Shown here: positions 38,901 through 52,300 of the stretch, piece by piece
How the letters are laid out: each line of letters starts with the position of its first letter
Numbering within the stretch: position 1 is the first letter of the stretch
Source: Podarcis filfolensis
Lineage: Eukaryota
Strand: one strand, 5' to 3'
DNA length: 64,000 bases
NCBI GenBank assembly: GCA_964270895.1
Contig: OZ185437.1
Notes under the pieces: model-generated
The model's database searches: none
What the model was told of the DNA's origin: nothing
Seen by the model: only the letters and a program-made list of their open reading frames with translations
Position numbers and translations under genes: made by a program

Positions 38901-41900
38901 TTTTATTTTATGTAACTTCATGCTCTGCAAGCTGAAGATGTTCCCTGGCTGTTAGCCAGTGGCTAATAATAATAATAAAAAGAACAGGATAGTTTCTATA
39001 TCTGGGCATGTCCTAATCAGTTTACTGGCTTGTGGCCACTGTGCAATCTGTTGACACTAAAAGCCAGTCTATAGGTTGTCCAAAAGCCCCAAATCAGTCA
39101 AGAGCTGCAATTACTGCTCTTCTTCAGTGGTGGAAACAGAAATGTACAGAATACTGCCAAAAATGGTCATCAGGAATTATGAGAAACATCTCATCCATAT
39201 ATTTCACTGACATTGTTTAAGATAATGAGCTTCTTGAATTATTATTTTTGAAGCTAGAATTGTGAAAACAATGGTGATAAGATTAGTTCCCCTTAAGAAA
39301 GAACAATTTGTGATGAGACTTCCTTTACTTTTGGGTTCACTGTCTACCTTTAGTACTCTGCTAGCAGAGCACAAATGGCTTTAGCTGAGTATGTATGGAT
39401 GATACCTACCATCGACTCTTGGATCAGATCTTCCAGTTTATGAATACTGCTGGACCTATCACAGCTGTATTTTCGATGAACAGCATCTCTTAAATTCTTC
39501 AAGTAATCTATGGCCTCTTTGGCGTCATTGAAAAACTAGAATGAAAAAAACACCTTTTGATTTAAAAAACACACCATTGCAAGCTCTGTCCTCAAGCGAG
39601 TAGTCAGTACAGCAGTCTGAAGCCCAGGCTGATAATCCAAGAGTGTGGTATACTTTCTTATTAGATAAAGGAGACATAAGTTTCTAAAATCAATTAGAAA
39701 ACTAAATGAGCCCGTTCACCCCAGGGTCTCCAGTACCAAAGGGGATAAAACCACCAGTCCTCTTTACCCACTGGGCTGCAAAGTTAACAACTCTCTCTGC
39801 CTTCAAACTTGCTGCTTACAACACTCTACAATGCCTAGATACTTATGAAGTTAACTGGGTACCCTTTTAATGATCTGAACATGCATTACTTCTTTGCAGT
39901 TGGGAAAAATAATAATTCCTGTACAGGGACTTTCTTTCCAGCGCAACCTGGGTAAGTTTCTTCTTCCCCTTCCTGTCCCTCTCCCGCCACTCACAGATGT
40001 TTTTCCTCATTGATGATTGTGGTGTGGTTTGTATTGTTTGAATTCAGAACATGCAGCAAAATAATAATTGCTTCTAAAATCAAGTGGGAAAGGTTACTCA
40101 ATTTCTTGGCCCATTTGAACCACATGAAAATATTGGTGTGAAAAAAAGTAGCTTAATCCCTTTAGTTCACATCCACTCTGAAAAAATATGCAACAAAACT
40201 CATAATAAAAACAACACAGCACTTTTTACAGACATCTGCAGCAGTAAAATAGGAAGTCCTGTGAAATGTGAAAATTCTGGTTTAGATTTATTGCAGGGTC
40301 AGTATGATATTATTTGGCATAAAAAAGCATTTAAAAATCCTTTTCTTCTTGCTGCTGTTAAGAGTTAAATCTGTGGTTACTCTACAATAATACCCATGTG
40401 TTACGTACCTCAAAATATGCAGTGTTTTCTCTCAGATGCTGTTCAACACATTGGCAAAGCTGCAAAATCCAGCTCCACTGTGTTTGCATTGCAGCTCGGT
40501 AGGCCTTAGGGATACAAGCAGAGGAAACAAGTCATGTTTCGCTGTGCAACAGAAGCAATTCAAATGAGGAAGGGGGGAGATTTGAGGAATTGAAGCCCCT
40601 GCCCTGACCAATTTTCCTACTCAAATGCCTTCGACTTGTTATAACAGTAGGAAAAGAAATCACACCAGCCTCTCAAAATATCAAGTTCTCTACAAAAAGC
40701 AATAAAACTCTCTGAACAATTTACTTATTAAAATAACTGTCATTTATAACTTGAATTTCTTGAATGCAGTATTTGCTCTATCCCTGCTATGGTAGAACAG
40801 TAATATTGTTGGCCAGCAGAGGCTGCTCTAAATACTGTAGATTTAGAATTCTCCTCAAGCATCTCCCATGGAAACCAGTGGGTGCCTTGTTCTCTGTTAG
40901 AAGACGAATTTCAACTCAATTTGCTAAATACCCTACAGATAGTGAAATTGATCTGTTCTATCATTATGAAAACAAGCCACAGTAAAGACTCAGACTCACA
41001 TGCTCCCCCCCCCCCCCCCGCTGCACCTGCAAGAAGGTTTCTGAAAGCTTTCGCTTCTTTTTTTGATTACTTGCAGCTTGTCGTTCCACCTGGAGCTAAC
41101 CTTTTCTATGGCTTGTTTAAAACAAGTCGAGCACAAACCATGGAGTCATCAAGCTACCTTATTTCATCAAACCATAGTTAAAAGTTAACTTCCATCTAGG
41201 GCTCAGACATCAGATTAAACTGTGGTTAATCAAAAGAGAAAGTTTCCAATCTCCTCACAGCTGCACCAGAGGTGGAAGAGGAAGTGTGTGGGTCCAAGAT
41301 TTGTTCCAGCTAGTTCCTTCTCTAGATAAATAATGGTGCATTGTGACATCTGAATGCAGTCTGAATTAGTCTATAAATACAAACTTTTTAGGAGATACCA
41401 ATAGGATATATCTAGTATTAATTTACATAGAAACACCCCCTCCAACATCAGCCCCAACAGTACTGCTTAATAGCCTGGAAATATCATAGAGCTTATCTTC
41501 TTGCATAAAAGCCTTCTTGCTTCAGAGCACAAACCCTGCATGACTATCTGCTTTGTACACAACCTAGTTTCCTAACTGACAACCGCATGATCACATTTGG
41601 AAGTCTGAAGGCACCTGTGGCAGTTAGCATGCATTTTAAAACCAAAACAGAAGCACTCATAAATTTCCAGGTGTTGTTTGGACATTAGATGCATTTTGGA
41701 CTAGAATCAAGTCACACAGTGTAGGCACACGACATGATGCCAGTCTGAAATAAATTCAATGTCCAAACAATATCTGGAGTTTATGAGCAACAGCAAGTGC
41801 CTCAACTTCACACCTTAAATGGAAGCAATGAAACCTTTGCACGTAAGAAAGGCCCAGAAGTTCCCTGTCAAATGAAAACACAGAACCACTGCCCTGTCAC

Positions 41901-43243
41901 AGGTTACAAAACTCAGCCTCACTGGAATATTGATGGGAACTGATGTAACATAGCTCTCAGTAAAGTGTCTAAGGCTGAGCATCTGATAGACAAAAGCATT
42001 AACAACAGAAATCTGGGATGGGGCCAAGGAGGAGAAGGATAGGAATGGAAAGAAATGGAGTATCTTGCAACAGGGTAGGGTAGGCTGGCTGGACACTGGA
42101 ACTAGCAAGAATGTCTGGCTGGCCAGCCCTTGGAATAGCAGCCCTCCACAAATGCTACATATTATTGTGGTCCCATTTATTTCATGTCATTGTCATGTCA
42201 TGTCAAAATTAAGTGTATGCTGTTGCACTTTAAAGATAAACACATTTGTTCTGACATAAGCTTTTGTGAACTACAATACACTGCAACAAATGCACGTAGG
42301 GATTGATGAATCTGTCTGTTTCAGTTTCTGTCAACTTCTCATTTTTCCAGTATTATTATTATTATTAATGCTGCACAGTATACCACCCTTCAATATAAAA
42401 TTTCAAAATACATGATCAAAAACAAGAGGAAAGCCAAGCAACCAATAACCCTCTCCCCGCTGTACAGTTGGGCAGTGGGTTTATGACATGTCTATGTAGA
42501 GCCTGACTGTGAAATCAAATAGTCTTACTTTACTGAACATTTTCTGGAAATGAAGCATGGGGACTACAGACTGCACCCAGAAAACAAGTCTATATTCTGT
42601 TTCAACAGCCCATAAAAACAGCCTTGAGAGACTCTGTTTCTATTCCTAAGTTATGCTTAACAACCTACCTCAATAGTTAGCCTTGCAGGGTGGTTTTCAA
42701 ATAACAATTGTTCTGCTATTTCCTGAACAGATTTGATAATTTCTTCCTTCTGATCAAGTTCTCTCATCAGTTCCTTCCAAATAAAAAGACAATTAGCTAT
42801 AGAAGCCAGGAGCAAAAAAAAAAAAAGGGGGGGTCACATTCAATACTTATTTTTGACTATTTTAACAATGCTTACTGCATGGTAGTCCCTTTTCCGTGCT
42901 ATATTTGTATTTCTCTCACTCCAGTCATATGCAACCTCCTCCTCTTCTTTCTCATTCAACCATATGAGTTCTCTGGTAGCGCGAGATACAAAATTGTGAA
43001 GGGTATCAAGGTGTCTTTCCTGATTTCTTGAGGTGTTCTTGAAAAAGATAGTAAAAGAAATCCATTTTTTTTTTACTTTAAACCTTTTTGTCATCAAAGT
43101 GGCATCCAAATAAAAGGTGGGACTGCAATCTTACCAAGAGTTTTGCATATTGGCTCTCCAGTTTGTGCAATTTGTCTGCATAGCTGAGTTTAAGGGGAGC
43201 AGTCATCTGGATCTGTAAAGAACAAATTGGTTCAAAGTGTGTA

Positions 43244-43313
<70 letters not shown>

Positions 43314-46300
43314 GCACATTGCACACATGTGTATGTGTGGGGTATATTCCTAATTTTTATATGCTGCTTAATATACAAAATCCCTGCACACTTAATATAA
43401 CCACAACACTCCTCCCCAAAAAAGCTGTACCTCACTGATTTTTGCTTCTTTAAGGCTTGACTCAAATTCTTCAATAGCTTTGTGGACATTCTTGTGATTT
43501 TCTAAATGGCTTTCAACGCTTGGCAAATCCGAACCCCATTCAGCTCGATCAAGTTGCACCTTGAAAGCAGAAGTTGAAAATTAAAGTCGAGCCCTCAAGC
43601 GGGTGAGGAAAATGATCAGGCACAGACCGAATTTTTTTTAAAAAAATGTACATGTAAAGATGTTACCTGCATTTCATCTACCCATCTGAGAAGATCCTGA
43701 ACAAACTTCATGTTGACTTCCTCCTCTGTTAAATTCTGATCGATAAATGCCGATTTCATCAGAGGTTTTCGGATCTGCATCAATTTGAGTGTTTGCAGTG
43801 CACCCGTGTCAACTCCTGTTATGTAGCTTTGAATTAACCGTGGTGGGAAACCTGGGGTGTATGCTGGGGTGATGGCTGGAGTCATTCTTGAAGAAAGACC
43901 CGATGATAAACCTGATGTTAGACTCGATGATGTCAAGGAGGGTGATAAGCCCTGGCTCAGTCCAGAGTTTAAGCTGGGGCTGAAGTTTGGTGCAAATCCT
44001 GAGTTTAAGCTTTGTGTTATTCCTGATATCATCATCTTGGTCTGTTCTGTAGTCAGTGTCCTCCCCTTGCTGTATATTGAGGAGCACTCTGCTCTTAAGG
44101 CCATAAGGTCATCTCGCAGTTTTGCAACCCTGTTTCAAAAACCAGAAAAGCATTTACTGTAGAAGTGAAAAGATCTGGATATCGTCTTGGGATTTTCATG
44201 AATTCCCATCATTTCAAAAACAAAAAATAATGAAACTATCTTGTATTTTGTGTAAAATAAAAAAGGAGGGGGTTGTTTATTAAGAGTTCAATCCACACAT
44301 TCCAGTAAACCTTGGTGATAAACTGATAGATATATTAGGAATTTTAAAGTGAAATGGAGCTAGATGGTAATGTGCCAAGTAATAGTGTGTGTCTGTGCAT
44401 AATAAAGCCATCATAATGAAAAGTAATGCCTCTGGGAAAGGCAAGAGACAGGATCAAACTCATCCTCCTCTTTAAGAATAGAATGTAAGGATTAAAGTAA
44501 TATACAGTACTGTTGTAACAACTGTAGCCCCAAACACAACTATTATAAGGTAAGAGAAAATTGAAGGGATCCATTTTGTCTCTGTGTGATGCTTCCCAAG
44601 CATCTCTGTAAACTTGGCACAAAAAGAATATCTGTTGTGCACTGGATTCTTTATGGATCCTCCTCAATCAGTAGTGATTTCCACACTCAAGATGGAAAGT
44701 GCTCAGTCTATAACAGTAGCAACACTCTTCCCAGAGAAGCTGTGGGTGTCAGGGCTGACCCAGGAGGTATTGGTGCTTGAGGTAAAAAAAAAAAACCCCA
44801 AACAAACAACCACCGCCCCTCAACCTCCTCTGCCACGGGCATGCCATGCCCCCTCCTCTTCCTCCATGGGCATACCACACTGCTGCCACACACCCCACTG
44901 CTGGGCATGCCCTACACTGCTGCCATTGTTGCCACGTTAGGCCCTTTGCTCTAAGTGCACCTACTTCACAGCAACCTTAACAAACAGCAGCAGGAAAGAC
45001 AGCCACTGCAGCAGCACGCACCAGCCGTAGGGGCGTGGCAGTGGCGGAGGTAGGGGCACAGCGCACTCCTCAGGCCCCAGATCTGCCACCTGATCTGCAA
45101 CTGCCTCGCCTCAACTCATGGGCTGTATCTTTGGGGAATGCAGTTTCTACAATACATTTTTTCATATGAATGTATCCGTGGGAGCAGATGGACCAAAGAA
45201 GTGTGAAAACTTGCTCGATCACATTGAGCTCAATGGGACAAATTCAGAGAAAATTCAGCTTTGGAAAAGTTTTTCTGTGCATTAGCAGGAAGAAGAAGAA
45301 GAGGAGGAGGAGGAGTTTGGATTTGATATCCCGCTTTATCACTACCCGAAGGAGTCTCAAAGCGACTAACATTCTCCTTTCCCTTCCTCTCCCACAACAA
45401 ACACTCTGTGAGGTGAGTGGGGCTGAGAGACTTCAGAGAAGTGTGACTGGCCCAAGGTCACCCAGCAGCTGCATGTGGAGGAGCGGAGACGTGAACCCGG
45501 TTCACCAGATTACAAGTCTACCGTTCTTAACCACTACACCACTTTAAAGAGACAGATACTTAAATGCCTGTGTTTGACAATCATTTATGTGCATAGATAT
45601 TAATGTGGGGTGTGGGGAGAACAACTGGCAATATCTCAAAGCATCAGCACTGTATAAATATAGCCAAGGATATAGGATATAGGAGATCATGCTAGTGTAC
45701 TAAGAAGTTGCATACTATGGCTATATTGAAACATAATGCTAAACCATGGGCTGCTGTTCCACGACAACAAGGCTAGTCTCCCCCTGGGCTTATGCACTCT
45801 CCCTTTTCTCTCTTCTTTCCAGCTTGGTCATGAATAGCAGACTGGAAGCTTCCACTTCCAGTTTTGGATTAACTGCAGTTTAGTGTGTGACCAAACTGTG
45901 GTTAATCTTAACTATGGTTAGGAAAAAAAATATGTGTGGTTTGAAATTGGCTTGTTTCCACTAGCTGGATTTAAGCTTAGCTGCAGTTCAGCTTGGACAA
46001 CATGGCAAGCTACAGTTAAGCTAAAATGAAAATAAAGCTTAGACATTCACTACATGTCAGAGATGCTTGCAAAATCCAATAAGCCGTCCAGGCAGCCAAG
46101 CCACAATCTACAGAGGAAAAAGGTTTTGCCATGTTGCCATGCCATTTAAGTTATCTAGTTCAGGACAATTTTAGTTACATCTGGGAGACTGAAATTTCTG
46201 GTGTATGTGGGCATCCTTTTACTTTTAGTGTATTTCTGTTAAAATTGCAGATATTACCAGCTGCAGCCTTCATTATGCTTTTGCATAGCTACTGATAGGA

Positions 46301-49300
46301 AGTAAGATGAATGCTCCGATTTCTTTCTTTTTACATGTTATTTAATTTATCAATAGCATAATAGCATCATCTCATTAATTTTCAATTCTGAAAAGGAAAA
46401 AAACCCCAAAATAAACTAGTAAAAGAAAAGAAAAATATATAACTCAGGTGAGGGTAGAGCTTGTTACAACTAAGTATTGTCATCTGTCTACACAGCTTAC
46501 TCTGCATTAAAAAAAGAAAGAAAAGGGGCTTTCATGGGCTAGAGAATAAATTCTTAAGCATATATTCACATAAGCTCATATTTCTACATAACATAAATGC
46601 ACAAACCTCTGGACCAGCTGATCTGCCTGATAATATTTTCCATCAATAAGAATCTGGGCATCCAAGACTTGTTGACGCAGCAGATTCTCACATTCAAGTA
46701 GATAACCTGCAATCTCAGCTTCATTCTGGAACTGCAGACCTGATTCTAATCGCTTTGCATCCTGTGTTAAAAATACAAATTGATTTAATCATGCATTTAA
46801 CTGGAGAAGAAACTTTATATAATATACAAGGAATATTTTGTACCATTATCATATTCTGAAAATTATAATAGTTACAATAGTTTATTCAGACATGCTTTAC
46901 AATGTTTATCTGTGGATTAACATACATGGTAAGATAAACCCAAGGTGAAAGTCACATTATCACGGTGATGACCAACTAAATCATATTCAGAATAAACTCA
47001 TTAAGATCAGCAGACTTAAGTTAGTCCATTGTTTCAATGGATCTAATCTGAGTATGACAGTCAGATACCTCCCAGATACTTGGGTTTTTTTGGATACCAA
47101 TCCACATTTTTATATATACATAAAACAGCATGCTTTGTCCAGTGTGTGTAGCAAAATAAGGTGACAATGATATATAGACAGCTAAACCAACGTTCATGTG
47201 TAAAAACCCATAACCTGCCACTTCCTTAACCCATTGCGCGCTGTGTGTGTGTGTGAAGATTGTGACACTTAAAATATTAAACATTTTAGCTTTTGCTTTC
47301 ATCAGTTAACACCACTAGATTTCAAGTCAGTCATTGGAAAATAAGGTGATAGTCTTAAAGAATGATGTGAATCGAGAGAATTTACAGCAAAGTGCAAGAC
47401 TTCAAGTGTCCCTGGATCAGACTTCTCTTCTGTTGGAAAAATTTCCCATTCTGAGTGGTTGCAACTTTCTACATTAAAATGCCTTCCAAAAGGTTGATTA
47501 AGCTTTCTCTTTGTTATGGCTGAAGTGCTTTCAAAAATGGTTACAAATGTGTAGTTGCCTGGCTACACACCTTTCTAACATACGACATTGCAAAGACTTG
47601 CAGGCAATATTCTTTTTTACTGAACAGGTTCGCCAGACAGTCTGTTTTTGCTGATGGCATTTGCCCTAAGATAACTACAGCTGATGCAATGGTTGGAGTC
47701 ACAATAATGTAACAAAGGACTGATAGCATTTTGTAGGTTTGGAGGCTGGAGGAAAGGAGTGATAGGAGATTTGCTGGTGGCTTTTAAATGGTATTATAAC
47801 TTGGCTATCAAGAGGTAGATGTCTTTAACTGCAAGGTGGTAGCTGAATAAAATTATATCATGACAGGGTTGTGGAGTTCCTTTTTCATATCTTCAAGTAA
47901 AATACTAGGGTCTAAGCCATAGGCAGCATTGTTAGGGACATAACCTTTGCACCCGTTCTAGAAATTGTAAGTAGTCCTCCACCACAACCACAAGCTTGAT
48001 TAACCTGCCGCATGACATTTCCATGCAGACGACCACATTCTTACAAACTCTATAAAAAACACACCATCCAATTCTTGGATACTGTAAGGAACAGAGAACT
48101 CCTGGATTTACAGACCGACCCCTCTAAAACCTTGGACTTGGAGAATATTGCCTAAAAGCATACATGCACTTTTAATCATTTTCACAAACCTTGCTTGCAA
48201 AATTATAGCACCTGTCTTCTTTCTAAGAATTGTCTCCACCCTTAGTATTTGCAGGGTGGAAACAGATCCTATTCTCAAGTGAGGCTGTGAACATACATTC
48301 TCCACCCTAAAAACAAACCACCTTGGAATCCAACAAGTGTATGAATTTAAAACATTTAACATTCTTTAAGCCTGTCCATTTTGTCTGCCACTTATTAACA
48401 TCAGCTTCCACCTCCATTTTACACGACTGAGGAAATAATTTGCATGCTTTTCTAGGATATCCCAGTATGTTCTAGCCCCTGCCAACCAACAAAGAGGTAT
48501 TCTTCTTGTCCTCATAATTCCAAGAGACACTGTGGTAATTCCAGTTATACAAACAGAAGACATCAAGCCAACAGATGGTGATTTGGTACTGGTCACCCAG
48601 GAAGTACATGTCTGTGCAAGAATTTTAATCCAGATTTTGCAGCTTCAACTCCACCCCTTTATCCAGTGGTCTATGCTGGGGCTTTTTTATACAGATAAAG
48701 AGACAAGAAACTAGCTATCCAAATACACTTACTGATTGCACAGCATTTCGAGCAAGCATTAGTTTGTCTTCGCAGCCCAGGCTGTCTCGCTGAATTCTGT
48801 TTGCAATCTGCTGCAGCATTTCTAACCTAAAAGAAGTCAGAAGTTAAGACAAATCACATGGGGCTGGCCATTAACATCTCGATTCTGCTACCAGATAAAA
48901 ACGCACCACATTCTGCAGAATAATACCAGCACTTACCTGGTTCCTTCCTTGGGACCATTGCCAAAGCTTATACAAGAATTAACAAGGGTTGGACCACAGT
49001 TAACAGACAAGAAGTTTTCATTGGAATCAATGCTGGTCCGGGTGCTAGTGCTGTTACTAAATACAGAGTCACTGCTGTGGTAGCCGTAACTGTTCGCATT
49101 CATTTTTTTACAGCCAGAAAGCTATCCCGCTGGTCATTTAAAAAGTCGAGAAGACAAAATGCCTGCAAAAACATACAGCTTCCAGGGACTAGATGGCTTT
49201 AAGGACAAAAACCAAGCTCTGCATCCTTAAATAGGTCTCAGCATGCATATTCAAAGCCCTGCAAGTAACATTCTCATTCCTCTTCAGAAGACTTCGCCTT

Positions 49301-52300
49301 CAGCTATATATGCCAATGTGGGCTTGGCTTCTGTAGCTTGAATTGCCTGTGCAAGTATGGACTAATCAGAATGATTAGGGTGTTCACTCGGAAAGAGGGA
49401 TGCCAAATATTTTATGTAAGTCTCATCCAATTTCAACAAACTAAACGATTTGAGGAGTGGGGAGGGAACTCCCCTTCAACAGTTTCACAACCTTTAGTCT
49501 CCCTACACTTAGCATAGGTTTTTCAGTAGTTTCTCATCCAGGTCCATACCCACTTTGCTTCAGAAATACTGCTCCCAAAACATCCATTGGCCCCATACAC
49601 AGCAGTCTAGACATTTGCTATAAACAGTATTAAACTTATGCTCTAGCCATGTCCCTCTTAAAACTATACATAGCCCCCGCTGGAAAGAACTAAAATTAAG
49701 TATGTGTGGTTTGTTCACTTTAAGTACATACAACATGCATTTATTAATTTTAAAAAATCAGGTCAAAATATTACGATTAATCATTATCTTCTAAATAGGA
49801 AAATTAGTGTCTGCCTTGCCATATTGATGCCACTTTGTTGAATTTAATGGAGATACCGTGGTTTAAAATGTGACAGTGAATCAATTATTTGGACTGCTTC
49901 ATCACTATGGGTTGTGTGTGTGTGTAATTCAGAATGTTTGCCAAAGTTGGTATATGTATTTTACCTCCTCCTGGCAATCAGTAGTCATGTTAATGTCAAA
50001 AATGAAATCCAATGGCATTCTTTAGCTTTCAGCTCACAGAAAATCTCAATTCTTATTCATGTTTCAAATGGTAAATGAGCAGCTGGGATCTTCCTCAAGG
50101 ATGATGCCTGCACACTATCTTCTCTAAAAGGTAGAGAGCTTCATTCTTACTCCTATTATTCAATCATTTCATGTTCTATAAAACCCCACCCATATCACGC
50201 CATTGCTGCTTGAAGCTATAAACAAGTTGAGCTTTTCCTTAAAAGACTGTGCTGGCTTGCTATTTGGCCCTTGCATGCTTGGCGGGGAAAAATCATACTG
50301 ACTGCTGAACAGCATGTAACTACACGTGTTAACTCTGGGTGCATGGGTGCCTGTGATCCATGCCTGCATTAAAGTATACTACGAACTTATTGCTATATGA
50401 TCCTGTGACATGTCAGCTCCCTATCTATTGACTTCAGCACCACTTTTGTGAGGTCAAGAAGATTTGTGAAAAAGACCTAATATTTATATAATGTGAAAAC
50501 AACTGTGTTCAAGTCACCATGAAAGGGCTTTATCATAACAAAAAAACATTTGGAAAATGGGATCCCAAACTGCTTATATGAACAATGGGAAGCAATTGAT
50601 CATTTGGGAAGCCCACTTTATATTGAAATTGACTTAGCAAGTAGAGCATACATGCGCATGCTCCATCATTTATAAGACTAGATTCCTACTCTTAGGGACT
50701 GGCATTTTCTCCTCTCCCACACACTAAGGCAACTACAGTTCTCTTAATACACAGCCTCATCTTTCTTAAGTACAAGTCCTTCTTCCCTCCATCACCACTG
50801 AAACCTCTGTAAAGCAAGTGGAGGATGAAAGCTGCAACTGAAAAGAGATGGGAAGGGCTTAGTTCTTTTATTCCCATGTTGCTTTCACCTCTTGCACAGC
50901 AAATCCTCGTGAGCAAAGCCCTGCTTGGCTCCTACTACAAAAGCTTGCTTTACTTAAACCTCTACCATAGTTTAAATCAGGCATAGGCAAACTCAGCCCT
51001 CCAGCTGTTTTGGGACTACACCTCCCATCATCCCTAGCTAACAGGACCAGTGGTCAGAGATGATGGGAACTGTAGTCTCAAAACATCTGGAGGGCCGAAT
51101 TTGCCTATGCCTGGTTTAAATCCACAACTGTCATCTCAGTGTCTCTCCACAACCACTTCACTCAAACCTCTATGGTTGTTAGAATAGAGCGAGAAGGTTA
51201 CTGAAAGGGGGGGAAATGAACTTTCAACCTTCTCCCACTTCCATTCCNNNNNNNNNNNNNNNNNNNNNNNNNNNNNNNNNNNNNNNNNNNNNNNNNNNNN
51301 NNNNNNNNNNNNNNNNNNNNNNNNNNNNNNNNNNNNNNNNNNNNNNNNNNNNNNNNNNNNNNNNNNNNNNNNNNNNNNNNNNTGTCAAATATTACAAAGC
51401 GCAATCTCACTGTCATGCATTTCACTCCTGCAACCATGTTATCTTTAACATGAAGTTCCGGATTCAGTGCAGTAATTAAGAAGTGCTTTTTATTTCCAGA
51501 AAACACACATATATGTACGACACCCACCAACTGAACTTAGCATCCCCTAACTCAGCCTTTCTCAACTTTTGGTCCTCAGATGTTCTTGAACTACAACAAC
51601 CATAATCCCTGAACACTGCTCATGGTGGTTAGGAATGATGGGAGTTGTAGTCCAACAATGTCTAGAGACCTAAGGCTGAAAAAGGCTGCCTAACGAAACA
51701 AGTTAATTAATTTATTTAATTTCATAAAATGTATACACTGCTCGATTGTGAAAAGCCTCAAAACCGTTTACAATAATATAAAACAAGAAAATCAAAACTC
51801 ACACCCAAACTTTAAAACATACAAAAAACTAAAACAGATTAAATTACCTCAGCTTTCTAAGCATCTGGGTAAGCTTGTCTAAACAACCATGTTTTCAGCA
51901 GGCGCCGAAAAGAGTACAGTGAAGGCACCTGATCTCAATAGTTGATAGGATTGCTCTTATTAATCTACTCATCTTAAAGATACAGTAACATATATCATGA
52001 TGGGTTGTGTGTGCAAAAGGGGCTGCCGTATAGGAGAGAAAGAGACACGGAAAGAGAGGTGGTCTGTGTGCAAGTGAGAGTTGAAAAAAGGATGGAGGAA
52101 AAAGAAGGCGAAGGTGAAAGTGGTGTGGGTATGTGCAAAGGGGCTACAAAACAGGAGTTCAGAGAAGGCACGGCTATGTTGGGGGGGGGGGTGATCTGTG
52201 CGCAAAGAAGCACTGAAAAATGGAAGGAGGGTGGAAGAAAAAAACAGAGTGAAGGTGAAAATGGGAATGCACAAGGGGCTGCAAAAAAAAAGAAAGAAAG

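Noticed and set aside
43800-44050. S/G/L/T-rich pseudo-repeat in the plakin exon
   Set aside because: I recall an equivalent insert in mammalian DST; not novel.
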